A DNA stretch of 64,000 bases, from contig CP075492.1 in assembly GCA_021613535.1 (NCBI GenBank), forward strand, positions 1,612,001-1,676,000, written 5' to 3'. The translations under genes were made by a program, and so were the position numbers. Shown here piece after piece: positions 13,001-28,000 of the stretch. The stretch comes from Adineta vaga (lineage: Eukaryota > Animalia > Rotifera). Each line of letters starts with the position of its first letter. The first letter of the stretch is position 1. The notes under the pieces were generated by a model that was given only the letters and a program-made list of their open reading frames with translations, did not search any database and was not told the origin of the DNA.

Positions 13001-16000
13001 TCCACTTCAGCGTATTCTTGCTCAACATCCTCATCTATCAAATCCTGCATTTCTTGATACATCATTCGACTTTACATCATCTATGACAAATGCTGATGAA
13101 AACAAAATAATGCTTGGTGGCAATGAACTCATTCTAGCGCCATATTCGATTGAGATTAGTGAAGATGAAATCATGAGTAAATTTGATTTTATTGTCACTT
13201 TCCATCATACATTGGATCTTAATGAACTCTCATGTTCAATCAATGCATCATTAGATTTATTTCACATAGAAACTGTTAATAAGATTGCACAACAACTTCA
13301 TTCGATGTTATATCAATTATCGACATCTAGTCATAGTCAACTGACGAAACCACTCTATGAATTGTCATTAATATTACCAAATGAACAATTACTTGTACAA
13401 TCAATGAATAATACAGAAATATCATTTCCGTCTGTCAAATGTATTCATCATGAGTTTGTTTCTAACGCAATGAAATATTCACAAAAGCTTGCTGTTGAAT
13501 TAGATGATCAATCGTTGACATATTGCGAGCTGTTGTATTATGTTCAGGTATTATCTTTGACTTTATTGAATAAATATTGTGTAAAAGTTGGTGAAATCAT
13601 TTGCCAATGTGTCGAAAGAAGTATATCAATGGTAAGTTGATGAATGAGAAACGTATCTCTTGATATATTCATGAGAAATTGTTCTTCACTCTAGGTGATT
13701 GGCATAATGGGAATTCTAATGGCTGGTGGTGCATATTGTCCACTATCACCTCGAGATCCACCACATCGTTTGCATTCACTTGTAGAGCAAACTCAAAGTC
13801 GAATTATTCTTACTCATTGGTTAACAAAAAATAAGCTGGATGATGAAAATATCGTAGTCAATATTGATTTACTAGTGACTAATAGTGAGATGCAAAGTAA
13901 TATGCGCATGGAGGAAATTTCGAGCGCCTCGGTCAGATCAGAAAATATTGCATATATCATTTTTACAAGCGGATCAACGGGAGTGCCAAAACCGGTGGGT
14001 GATAGATGGAGGAGAAGTAGTGAATAGAGTATGATTTTTTGTTATTTATAGGCTCAACTTCGACACAGAAATTTTACTCAATCTATTCAATCTTTAGTAA
14101 ATATTGATTTATTCAACAGAAGGGATACTATTATACAAATTGCTCGATGTTCATTTGATATTCATGTTCAAGAAATACTTGGAAGTGTATCGGTTGGAGC
14201 AACTGTAGTGATGTTACATCCGGGAGGAAATTTAGATTTTGAGTATCTGTCCGTGACACTGGAAAGGAAAGAAGTCACTTTCCTATATACTGTACCAACA
14301 TTACTGCAACATCTTTTCACTTTTATTACCAACAATAAACAATCTTATGTTACCAAATATTTGCGATCTTTGTGTACAGGAGGTAAATGGAGTCAATATT
14401 TTAATTGTTTCCTATTGTTGTTTTTTCTATAATACTAGGTGAACGTTGTTCCGTCAATCTTATTAAGTCAATAGGAAGTAATATTGCTCAGCAATGTACT
14501 CTGTGGAATTTATGTGGTCCAGCTGAAACAACGCTTCAATCTTTATTCCATCGAATCGACTTAAGAGCAGATGCAGAAAATATACCTCTTGGTAGACCCC
14601 TTCCAAATTATCAATGTACAGTTGTAGATTGTTTTGGTCAACGTAGTTTTGTTGGTCAAGAAGGTGAAGTTTTAGTGAGCGGCGTAGGCATCTTTGCTGG
14701 TTATCTTAGACATAATGACTTGACAGCGCAAGCCTTTTTAGAAATTAATAGTGATATAAATTATCGTACAGGTGATCTGGTTAAAATGGATTCCAACGGT
14801 GTCTTTCATTATATCGGTCGAAAAGATTTTCAAATCAAATTACACGGACAAAGAATTGAACTTGGTGAAATTGAACGATGTCTACTCGGCATATCATCCA
14901 TCTCAGCTTGTGTTGTCATCAAATGGGGTGAAGATCATCTTGTTGCTTATGTTCAAAGTTCAGTCATAAATGAAAAAGAACTACGTGACCATTGTCAATC
15001 ACATCTTCCACCACATATGATTCCATCTCGTTTCATTATTCTTGATCAATTACCACTGAATGCAAATGGAAAAATCGATCGAAAACGTCTCCTATCACCT
15101 GATTTCGCTTCTCTCTCTTCAATAAATCTCAACGATGCTAACCAATTGTTAGAACCAACAAGTGAAATTGAATCTATTATCCATCGCATATGGTGTGATC
15201 TATTGAAACAAAAACAAATCTCTATAAATACAAACATATTCACTATTGGTGGTCATTCATTAATTATCATGCAACTTCTGCATCGATTTAAAGTAGAATT
15301 TCGATTGGAAATAAACTCAATTGCCATTAGTGATCTATTTCAACACCCAACAATCATTGATCATGCACAACTTATTCATCAGATTGTACACTCCAAATTG
15401 AATAAAGATAATTATTGTTGGCATTCATTAAATATCCTCACAGGTAAAGGTATAATTTGAAAAATACTCTAATAATCATATTCTATTTCTTATTTTAGCT
15501 AAAGCATCTTTTGCCCAAGAACGCATTTTCTTAGATGAAAACATTCGCTTTTGTGCTTCTGCAGTAGATGATATTACAAATATGTATGTTATTCCATTAA
15601 TATATCGTGTTTCATCGCTAAATATTCATCATATATCAATTTCACGATTATATCATGCATATCAATGTATTATTAGAAAACATAAGATTCTTCGAACAGC
15701 ACTTTACCTTGATCGAAATGGTGTCATTGTACAAGACTGTCGAAATACGAATTACTCGCACAATGATATCGAAACATATGCTTTTTCAATAGTGAATGTC
15801 TCCAAAGAAGATCATGATAAGAGTGACGCTGTGAAGAGAATCTTGAATAAATCTGATTTATTTGATTTATCAAAAGGACATGTCATTAATTGTCATATTC
15901 TTCGTTCTCAGAATAGTTCAAATGAAAATGATGATGACATGTTGACTAGAGATGATTTGATATTATTTACTATTCATCATGCTTTCTTTGATGGTGCATC

Positions 16001-19000
16001 AACATCAATCTTTATTCGTGATCTTTCTCTTGCTTATCAAGACGATAGTTCGCTTTTTGTTGATGTCAATTCATTTCAATATATTGATTATTCTATTCAT
16101 GAACATATTATGGCTATGACATTAGCTCGTGAATTTTGGTTTGCTCAACTTCATGGATGTGATCTTCAACATTCATTATCATTACCATATGATCGATCTC
16201 ATTCATCAAACCGCCACCGATCTGGCTTAGCTTCTACAACTCAAATAACATTAAATGATTCGGTATGTACATCATTTCTACATTATGCATCATCACATCA
16301 TCTGACACTTTTTCAACTTGGACTATCGATATTTTATGTATTTCTATTCAAATTATCTCACAATGACACTGATTTGTGTGTTGGCACTATCAATGCCAAT
16401 CGATATCGATCTGAATTATATAATATGATAGGAATGTTTGTAGCAACATTACCATATCATATTCAACTCAATGCAGATTGGTCATTTGATGAACTTGTTC
16501 ATCATGTAAGAGAAATGTGTGTATCAATTCTTGAACATTCTCATTATCCACTTCAACACATTCTCAATGACTTTCATCTCAATCAATCTAATCTTAGATT
16601 TCTGGAAACAATCTTCGATTTTATCACTTTGTCCGAAAATGAGACGTACTTATCGATGAATGATACAAGATTAGAAGAAGTATCATTAGATCAATCATAT
16701 GAAGTTAGTAAATTTGATTTCATGTTATCATTTGTTTATAATCCAACGTTAGAAAATAATACCAGATTGTCATTCAATTTGATATGTTCTCATGATTTAT
16801 TTGATGAGAAATCTGTCGCAACTATAGCCGAACGATTTTCGTATTGTATGGAACAATTGTTGTTTCGATCGAATGAAACAGTGGATGAAGTGAAGACCTG
16901 TGTGAACACTGTATCGAAAGTTAACCTAATATTACCGAAGGAAGGAAATGAAATCAATGATGTTATACTTCAGCGACAATTCAACAACTTCGATGAAGGT
17001 AGGCTTATTTTCTAATAAAAAATTTGTTGTTGGTGTTAAAGTTGCATATTAGGACTAATATCTGATATAAGTCTGTTGTGCAGACGCCAAGTAGCTATGT
17101 TATGATTTGCATATGCAATTGGTCACTGCAGTCTTTTTTATTTTATGTCAGCGATATCGAAAGCCTTTCTGTGTAATATTCTGATTCGTATTGGAGGTAA
17201 TAGAGTAGTGTATGATACATAGGAAATGATACATTGGAGAGAAGTTTCGCGTTTGTGATGTATAAAGTACTATTTCATTTATGATAATTCTGAGGCTTGA
17301 ACAAAGTATCCATTTGATATATGCCAAACAGCAAAATCACGCTGTTTTCGCATATATTACAGATATATAGTTGATATTTACTATGTAGGATATATCTAAG
17401 GTATCGTACATCGTTTACGTCACATATTTGCGAGTTTCTAAAAAGAAAAGGTTATTTAGCTTTACTATTGAGTAGGTAACAGAGTGTCCCTGATTTTTTT
17501 ATAAGCAGTTTATTGTTTCCTTTTTTTAAAGGGTTAACATATGGTATCATCATTTAACAAAAAGGAAAAAGATGTAGAAAGTATAAATAAAAGACATGTA
17601 GTGAAAAAAAGGGGGGTTATGAACTAGACGTTCATCAGACAACTAAGCAGCAGGAGTAAAAAAAAGAAGAGGAAGTAAAAGTGATGAGACACAGAGAAAG
17701 AGAGTAAGGATTTAAACCATATAATAGATTCGAAGGAAGCTAGAAAGATAACAGATATTTATTTATAAAATCATTTATTTGCTTGATATCATTACAGTAG
17801 AATAGCTGTTGCTTCTTCTGTATAGTGAAAAATTCGAAAAGGTCTATGTATGTATGGCGAACTCTCTTAGCTAGTCTCTCGGGAAATTTACTATTTGATC
17901 TAAAGTTCATACTTCTCTGGTATGTTGTAAATCTGGTGGGTGAAGTTATTATCAAGCAGACCTCGAAAATCCGGTTGAATGCATTTTCCTCATTTGGCTT
18001 ATCTAAGTGAATTTTTATTTTTCTCCAATAAGTGTAGATATAGTCGTTTAAGCTTTTTTCCCTAGCTAGTATCAAAGTATTATGCTCGTTCCAATTCCAT
18101 AGCGAGTATACTATTCTTATCCCTGATAAGTAGACATGCTCGATTTCATTTCTTTGGTTCTCTGTAAAAAAGAACCATAGGATAAAGATCCACACAAAAT
18201 GTGGTAAGGCAAAAGTTAGAAAAAGTAATTTTCTTTTTCCATATTCTTTTCCCTCTATCCGAGTTTTGGTCTTAACTCAATCCCTAGATACTTAAATTTG
18301 GATACGTATTCTAGTTTTTGGTTTTGGTTTTGGTAAAAGACGTTTGGATGAGGTGGAGCTACAGCAGTATGAAAGAGTATTAGTTTCGTTTTGTTTATAT
18401 TTACTGGTAAAAAAATATCACTGGCAAATTGTTGCAGTGTATTCATAGCTGTTTCTGCATCTTTTCCTATCTGTATGATGTTTTTCGATAGTTTCTTTTC
18501 TATTGAGCCTTGGGTCAAGATCGCCAGATCATCCGCAAAAAGATGAGTGGTAAATTGTCCTAGAATTCTAGGTAAGAAATGTAGATGAATGCGAAATAGC
18601 GTAGCCGCTAAGACGGACCCCTGAGGTGTAACTACATTTATTTTTATTTTTCTAGACACCATTTCTCCATATTGGATCTGTAATGTTCTATTAGTCAACC
18701 ATTCGTAAATAAATATAATTAAATTAATAGGCATATCTGACGATACGAGATTTGATATGAGTACTGGATGCTACATCTTATCAAAAGCATTTTTGAAATC
18801 TACAAAAATACCTAATGTAGGTCGATTTGGAGCAGCAGGTGTTAGACGTATATCTTCTGTTATAGTGAGTACTCTCGTTTGGAGTCGTTTATCTGGTGCA
18901 AAGCCTGACTGCTCATCAATATATATCCCTTGCTCTTCACACCATTTCAATATTTTAGTATGTATATATCTTTCTAAAAGCTTACTTAAGTTGGGTAGTA

Positions 19001-22000
19001 ATGAAATAGGCCGTAGACGGTCTTCTGTTGGATAGATACCATCCTTGGATATACATATAACTTTTGCTATCTTTCCTACTTCAAAAAATTCTCCTTTACT
19101 TAAACATTTGTTAAACAAAATGGTAATAGTTTGTATATAATTAGCAGGTAGATTTTTTAATAAAAAAGCTGATATACCAGAAATGTCTGTTGATTTCTTT
19201 GATGACATTCTAATCCATTGTTTATGTACTTCTTCTATACCAATTGGTTCTATCTCCATTTTGGAACGATTTGCTATTTTTTCGTAGATTTTTATATATT
19301 CTTTATGTTTCTTATTTTCTTTATCATGAATAAGTTTCTCAAAATGTTTCTCAAAGAAATCTGCTAGTTGATTCACTATTACTTCACCATCTCTTATTAT
19401 TTGATTATTATTTCCTTTAAGTCCACGAAATGATGGAATATAAGGACGAAAAATAGGTTTAACTACTTTCCAAATATTTTGTTGGTTGTTTATGTTTTCC
19501 ATATATTTTTCTCTTCTTTCATTTTCTAACATTCTTTTTGCTGTTCTAAACTGAGATCTAAGGATTCTGTATTGATATAGGTATTCTAAGTAATAAGTAT
19601 TTCTGTATTTACGTCTCATTCTATTCACTTGTCTTGCAAGTGAAACTAGATGGGATGGCCATGGTGGTCTATATTTAAGGACGATTTCGTATTACTAGTG
19701 CGATCCCAAAGAGTTTTCAGAAATTTTGAGAAGAGTACGAAAAACTCTTGTGCTTCAATATTATATACACATGAATTCGAATATTGAAAAACACACGATA
19801 GAAAGAAGTTAAATATTTTCCAGTTTATTTTTTAAAAATAATTTGTTTTTCTGTTGTGTATGGTGATGAAAATAAAACGGGAAAGTGGTCGGAAGTTCCT
19901 GAATCTATTATTTCATTGCTCCATCCTACTAAAGAATATCCTACTCCAAAATCTATTATTTAATCTGATCTTTTAGAAGTAGGTGTTGTTGGAAAAATTC
20001 CTTCATAATCATTTTGTTCTAACCATTCTTTCATCTTAATTCCATTACTATTATTTATTTTACAACCCCATATTATATGTTTAGCGTTAAAATCTCCAAA
20101 TAAGAAAAAAATTTTGTCTCTAAAGATTTCGAATGTTTTTGTCGGTATTTCTTCATCTGGTGGAACGTATACAGACTCTAATAGAATTTCTTCTTGTCCG
20201 AGTTCTAGTTCAATTGCTAGAAAATGTTCTGTTTTATCTATTATCTTTGATTTTAATGAACTATGCAATAGTATAGCTACACCTCCAAAACTATTCGTAC
20301 CTTTCTGACTGTGCCAATAATAATTTAGAATATAGGGTAGTTTATTGACCATTGATCCTACCCCAGTCAAAATTATTATTTGAGGAGTAAATTGGTTTAG
20401 GATTATATCGATATCTTGCGTATGAGTACTTAAACACTCGCTGTTATATAGCATAATAAGTATATTTTCTACTTTTTCTGTTGGTCTTTCTTTATTCCAT
20501 TTACTACATACATCTGAAATTCCTTTTCTTTCATTCCATTCTTTGATAATTTCTGCTAAGATTAATAACTTTTCTCTCTCTGTTCCTTCGAATCTACTAC
20601 TTATACAGTCAAAATTTTGTTTGAGTCGGTGAGAATTTGAAATCTTTATTGTTCATTGGTGGGATTGGTTATTTGTTGTTCTAATAATTCGTCGATATTA
20701 TCTGTTTGTTTCGTCCATAGTGTTTCTAATGTTTTCACGTAGTTATTGTAAGTTGCTTGTCGTTCAGTTGCGTACTTTTGATAGTTCTTTAAATCTTCCT
20801 TGAATACACCGATTTTTTGTTTTGCTTGTTGGCTTGTCGTTCTTTCTTCCATTAATTCGAAACATTTATTAATCCTATTCATTACGTTTTGGTTTACATC
20901 GAATGTTAAATCCTTAATAATTTCTAATGTTGACTCAGCTATCTCTTTTTGCGTACTGATATTCACCTTCATAATTGAACAAGCTATGTGTAGATAATTA
21001 GTTTGCTTTTGAAAGTCGTTATTTATTTTTTCAACTTCTTGTTTATATGTTGATTTAGAGCTGTCGAGTTCGTTTTTTAAAGTTTTTATATCTTGATTCA
21101 AGTTAATGTTATGTGTTGTTTGTGAAAGATAAGGCCATTCTTGTTTATTTGTAAGAAGAGGCATTTCATGATTGGATTGTTGTTGAAGATAATCTTTGGT
21201 ATTGCTTATTACTTTTTCAGCACGATCATTTCTGCAATCAAATGGAATGAACATTTGAATATGTGGTGGCAATCGATTGGGATTTACCTTGAGTTGTTCA
21301 ATAAGATTTCTTCTAAATTGTATCATAGTTGGACATTTGTAGTCATTTGCTTGATTGTCATCTCCACAATGATGACATGTAATATGACATTGATCATGGT
21401 TGTTAATCTTTCTGTCTTCTCCGCATCTTCTACATCTTTCATACTCCAATCGGCAGGTGTTCCTTGAATGTTCTGGGCACTTACACCTTGTGCATATTAA
21501 TATTCTTGGAGCTGGTAAATATTCATCAACTTCGCATAATAGACCACTTAAAGTGATAGTACCACTATTTGATGTCTTTCTATGTTCATCTTTATTATAA
21601 ACATCCAACCGAATGTGTCGACTATGAAATCTCATTGTACCTTTCATTTCTTCGATGTTATAGATTGATGCATATCGTTTCTTGAGTTCTTCTTCAAGAT
21701 CACAAAAAGAATAATCATTTGGTACGAATTTTATCACTAATGCATGTTGCGGTAGTAAAAGTAAAGGCAGTATTGGTGTTAAGCGAATATCATTGATTTC
21801 TTCAGAATAATGTCTAACATCACAAAAGTAAATGTATAATTCCAAATTTTTCGTAATTAAGACCAGTTCGCCTTCTTTATTTATCCACCATAAGTCACAT
21901 CCAATTTGGTCTTTTTGACTTGAATTCTTATTTTTGAATGACATTTTTATTTTTTCAAAAATTCTTTGACAAAAGGTAAAGATGATTGTCGATCCGTTAA

Positions 22001-25000
22001 TTTCGGGTTGCATTTAATTCGAATAGGTGTAAGGTGCATATCAGTTGCATAGTTTAATGATTGATTATTTATTGTGTAAGAACTTTTGTATCCCATTTTT
22101 GATTTTTCAAAATCCGATGAGTTCGTTTTCTTGTACGATTATAATAATAGTTTGATTTCGTGTTTGCGCTTGCACTTGTATTTGTCCTTGAATCATTTGT
22201 TTGATGGAATTTATCGTATAATTTCTGCATTCCGTAACCATCTACATGTTTATCTTTCTCATAAGATGATTCGTTGTCATAGTGGTTATAGTCGTATGCC
22301 ATTTTATTTCTTAATTTTGGATAATTAAGAAAAATGTGATTTAGATATTTTTTTGACTTTTAACCTTTTCTATTTCGTATTCTCTTCTATAGATATATAC
22401 GTCTTATCGTTAGAAGAGGATATAGGGGAGTGGCAGAGTGTCCTTGATTCCGTTGTCATCTATGGCATGTTCCGTTCATTTACTTTTCTCCAAAAAAACG
22501 ATTAAAGGATTTAATAGAAACGGAGGTATAAATAGAAGCATGATGAACCATTCTTTATGGAAAAACGTAAACTACACCGATAACTACTTCATTTAGAATT
22601 AAATTTGTAGTTTTCTGATAGTTCAAAGGAATAATCATGTTAAATGTTTCAAAAACTTTAGAGAAATTCATAGCTGCTCCTTGTTGCCTTTACAGCAGTT
22701 CAAAAGCAGTCACGTTCTTTCATTTCTCATTCACAACTGATATCTAACAGATGAGCACTTAGCTGCCATTTGCTTGAACACTAAATCTACTTCTCATAGA
22801 AAGAGAGAATATACATGAACTTAACAGTAGGCAGAATGCTACGTCGTGTTCTCGACGCCATTCATACTTCTATGGTTACAACAAATATCCTACAATGATT
22901 GTAGCACCAGCATCGTATGCACAAGCTCGCATTTGGCTTGATGAACAAATGCGATTTGATCCTGATCATCCACAAGTTGCAATCTATAACATGCCTTTCG
23001 TTTATCACTTCTCGCCGAATAATACCATATCAATCAAACAACTACAACATGCACTTTATCTCACTGTCAACAAACACCTTTCACTTCATACAGCATTCAT
23101 CTTCGACAAGAATAAGAATATATTGATGCAACGAATTGTGGAAATTAATAACAATCACATGACATTATTTACATTTACTGAGAGCACTTATCAAACACAA
23201 GAACAACTCAACAATATCATACAAGAAGAGAAAAGAAATCCTCAACTTTTTAATCTTGCTCAAGGTCTGGTCTTTCGATGTCATCTTGTTTATTACAAAC
23301 AAATCTCTTCCGAAAAGCTACTCTCAGAGAAAGATATCATCATCTTCAATTTTCATCATGCAGCATTTGATTTTCCATCAATGCAAATATTTCTTCATGA
23401 TCTTAATCAAGCATATATAACAGGCCAATTACTTGACGACAACAACGATAAAACCAATCTTCGTTATCTTGATTGTAAATATACACACTTATTGCACTTT
23501 TCTCTTTATCATATATCACTTGTCATCATTTTCTAGATGCTGCCATCGAACAACAAATGTCAATGACTGGTGCACAAATGTTTTGGCTTGATACTCTACA
23601 TAATAGTAAACTTGATCAACCATTATCATTACCATACGATCGATATCGTCTTGCAAATGAACATCGAACTGGTCGTGGAACATCGATTTCTTTTGATTTT
23701 GGACAAGATCTTTCACATTACTTTCTTTCGTATGCATCGACAAATAACATGTCACTTGAATATTTGTCACTCATCACTTACTTCATCTTCTTATTCAAAT
23801 TAACCAACGGAGAAAAAGATCTATGTATTGGAATGAATACACATGGACGATATCGAGATGAACTTCGATCGATCATTGGAATGTTTGCCAATGCTATTCC
23901 TCTTCGATATCAACTTGATCCTCACTCATCCTTTCATAAAGTCACTGAAGAAATGCGATCAGTGATCAGCAATACTATGAAATATTCATATTTTCCACTT
24001 CAGCGTATTCTTGCTCAACATCCTCATCTATCAAATCCTGCATTTCTTGATACATCATTCGACTTTACATCATCTATGACAAAGGCTGATGAAAACAAAA
24101 TAATGCTTGGTGATAATGCACTTATTCTAGCACCATATTCGATTGAGATTAGTGAAGATGAAATCATGAGTGAATTTGATTTTATTGTCACTTTCCATCA
24201 TACTTTGGATCTTAATGAACTCTCATGTTCAATCAATGCATCATTCGATTTATTTCACATAGAAACTGTTAATAAGATTACACAACAGCTTCATTCGATG
24301 TTATATCAATTATCGACATCTGGTCATAGTCAATTGACGAAACCACTCTATGAATTGTCATTAACATTACCAAATGAACAATTACTTCTACAATCAATGA
24401 ATAATACAGAAATATCATTTCCGTCTGCCAAATGTATTCATCATGAGTTTGTTTCTAAAGCAATGAAATATTCACAAAAGCTTGCTGTTGAATTAGATGA
24501 TCAATCGTTGACATATTGTGAGCTGTTGTATTATGTTCAGGTATTATCTTTGACTTTATTGAATAACTATTGTATAAAAGTTGGTGAAATCATTTGCCAA
24601 TGTGTCGAAAGAAGTATATCAATGGTAAGTTGATGAATGAGAAACTTATCTCTTGATATATTCATGGGAAATCGTTCTTCACTCTAGGTGATTGGCATAA
24701 TGGGAATTCTAATGGCTGGTGGTGCATATTGTCCACTATCACCTCGAGATCCACCACATCGTTTATGTAAACTTATCGAACAAACGCGGAGTCTTCTTGT
24801 TCTTGGTCATTGGATGAACAAAAAATAAGCTAGATGATGAAAATATCTTGGTTAATATGGACTCAGTCTTGACTAATAATGACAAACAAAATAACATAAA
24901 CTTTGATGCTTTATCAAACGTCGAAGTGGCACTAGAAAATATTGCGTATATCATTTTCACAAGTGGCTCAACTGGATTACCAAAAGCGGTTCGAAAATAG

Positions 25001-28000
25001 ATTATTTTTTCATTTAACAATATTTACTATAGTTCATTATAGGTCCATGTTCGTCATAAAAATTTTACTCAATTCTTATACTCATTAAGTTACACTGATG
25101 TTATAAATAAAAACGATACTATTCTCCAGATGGCGCGTTGTTCCTTTGACGTGCATCTACAAGATATAATGGGTACCCTTATCAGTGGCGGTACGCTAGT
25201 TATGCTACATCCAAGTGGAATTCTTCAGTTTGACTATCTAGTAACAGTTATAAACGACAAACAGACTACTTCGTTTACAACGGTTCCAAGTCTGCTGAAT
25301 GGTTTCTTTACGTTTCTGCGCCAAAAAAGGCATCGCAATAATCTAAAGTATTTGCGGTCAGTCGCCATTGGTGGTGAGTAAAACTAAGGGAAGTTGTTCG
25401 ATGTTGTATGAACGGACTTCAATTATAGGTGAACCGTGTTCGTCGAAGCTGGTAAACTTGATTTTCAGTTTGTTGACAAATAGTTGTCAATTATGGAACT
25501 TATATGGTCCAGCCGAAACGACAATTGATAGCACATATCATCTGTTGAATTCCCAAAAATTATCGAAAAACATTCCGATTGGTCGGCCACTTCCAAACTA
25601 TCACCATCTAATTGTGGATAAATATTTGCAAAGTGTATTGATAAACCAAGAAGGAGAGCTACTTGTTGGAGGAGTAGGCGTCTTTGCTGGTTATCTTGGC
25701 CGCGACGATTTAACATCGAAAGGGATGGTTTATATCAATGATGTGTTGTTTTATCGAACTGGTGACCTTGTCAAGATAGATCATCATAATCTTATTCGAT
25801 ATCAAGGAAGAAAAGATTTTCAAATCAAATTACACGGACAAAGAATTGAACTTGGTGAAATTGAACGATGTCTACTCGGCATATCATCCATCTCAGCTTG
25901 TGTTGTCATCAAATGGGGTGAAGATCATCTTGTTGCTTATGTTCAAAGTTCAGTCATAAATGAAAAAGAACTACGTGACCATTGTCAATCACATCTTCCA
26001 CCACATATGATTCCATCTCGTTTCATTATTCTTGATCAATTACCACTGAATGCAAATGGAAAAATCGATCGAAAACGTCTCCTATCACCTGATTTCGCTT
26101 CTCTCTCTTCAATAAATCTCAACGATGCTAACAAATTGTTAGAACCAACAAGTAAAATTGAATCTATTATCCATCGCATATGGTGTGATCTATTGAAACA
26201 AAAACAAATCTCTATAAATACAAACATATTCACTATTGGTGGTCATTCATTAATTATTATGGAACTTCTACATCAATATAAAGTAGAATTTCGATTAGAA
26301 ATAAATTCCATTGCTATTAGTGATCTATTTCAACAACCAACAATCATTGATCATGCACATCTTATTCATCAGATTCTACATACCCAATTGAGTAAAGATG
26401 ATTACTGTTGGTATTCATTAAATATCCTTAGAGGTAAAGGTATAATTTGAAAAAAGCTCTGGTAATCAGATTCTATCTCTCATTTTAGCTAAAGCATCGT
26501 TTGCTCAAGAACGCATCTTCTTACATGAACAAATTCGTTTCTCATCAGATCACAGAAATAACATGTATGTTATTCCATTACTTTACCGAGTTTCATTTTC
26601 TACAGATCATATACTCATATCTCGATTTTATCATGCATTTCAACTCGTCATTAAAAAACATAGTATTCTTCGTACAGCACTTTATCTTGACACAAATGGT
26701 ATCATAATGCAACATTGCATAGGTGAAAATACTACTCAAGACGATATGAAAACTTATGAATTTTCGGTTAGAACTCTTCACAGTGGTAATGATTTTGAAC
26801 TGGCTGACGTTATCAAAGGAATACTAAATAAATCTGATCTATTCGATTTATCAAGAGGACATGTTATCAATTGTCATATCCTTCGTCATCATTGTTCTGA
26901 TAATGATTTATTGACAAAAGATGATTACATATTGATAACTATTCATCATGCAATGTTTGATGGATTTTCTACGGAAATCTTTCTTCGTGATCTTTCTCTT
27001 GCTTATGATTCGAATGATGACCTTCTGTCGAATGATAATACTTTGCAGTATATCGATTATTCTATTTATGAACATAGTATGGATATGACATCTGCTCGTC
27101 AATTCTGGCAATTCGAACTTCAAGGATACAATTTTCAACATCGGTTATCATTGCCATTTGATCGACAACATTTAGGAAGTGATCAACGATCAGGTTTAGC
27201 TCATGTTACTGAAATGACTTTTGATAATGATATTGTACACTCATTTATACAATATGCATCATCACATAATCTTACATATTTTCAACTTGGATTAGCTACA
27301 TTCTATGCATTTCTCTTCAAATTAACTCATCATGAAACTGATCTATGTATTTCTTCTATTAATGCTAATCGATATCGAAACGAACTACAAGATATGATAG
27401 GAATGTTTGTATCAACACTACCACATCGTTGTCAACTTGATCATCATTGGTCATTTGATGAACTTGCTCAGCATGTACGAGAAAAATGTGTATCAATTCT
27501 TGCATATTCTCATTATCCATTACAACATGTTCTTGATGATTTTCAAGTTAATCGATCAAATGTTTCATTTCTTGAAACAATGTTTGATTTTATCACAATC
27601 TCATCTGAAATCGATCGTTTATCTTTGGGCAACGAAAATTTGCAGCAAGTATCAATAGAACAATCGTTGGATTTGGCAAAATTTGACTTTTCATTGACAT
27701 TTATTTATAATTCATTCTCGAATGACGATCAGTTAGCATTTTCTATGATTTGTTCACGTGATATTTTCGAAAAAACATCAGTCACACAATTTGCTGAACG
27801 ATTTCACTGTATAATGGAACAACTTTTCGAAATGGAATCGAACAAGACTCTGTCGAATGACTTGGAAATATCGATAGATCGAATTTCTCTTATCTTAAAA
27901 CAGGAAGCTGAAGAAATGAAACTGACTGTTTTTCGTCGAATGGAAAATATTGTTGATGAAGGTTAGGAAATTAATATTGATTTAGCTATTTCCTGTTTTG

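Larger units (their letters stand above)
17496..22433 (-). mobile_element. Full-length but degenerate non-LTR retrotransposon (LINE, Jockey/I-like), antisense in an NRPS intron
   Basis: 16-bp TSD cagagtgtcc(c/t)tgatt at 17480-17495 and 22434-22449. Short poly(A) with an upstream AATAAA on the minus strand (17509-17514). ORF1 and ORF2 remnants are present. Confidence 0.9.
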
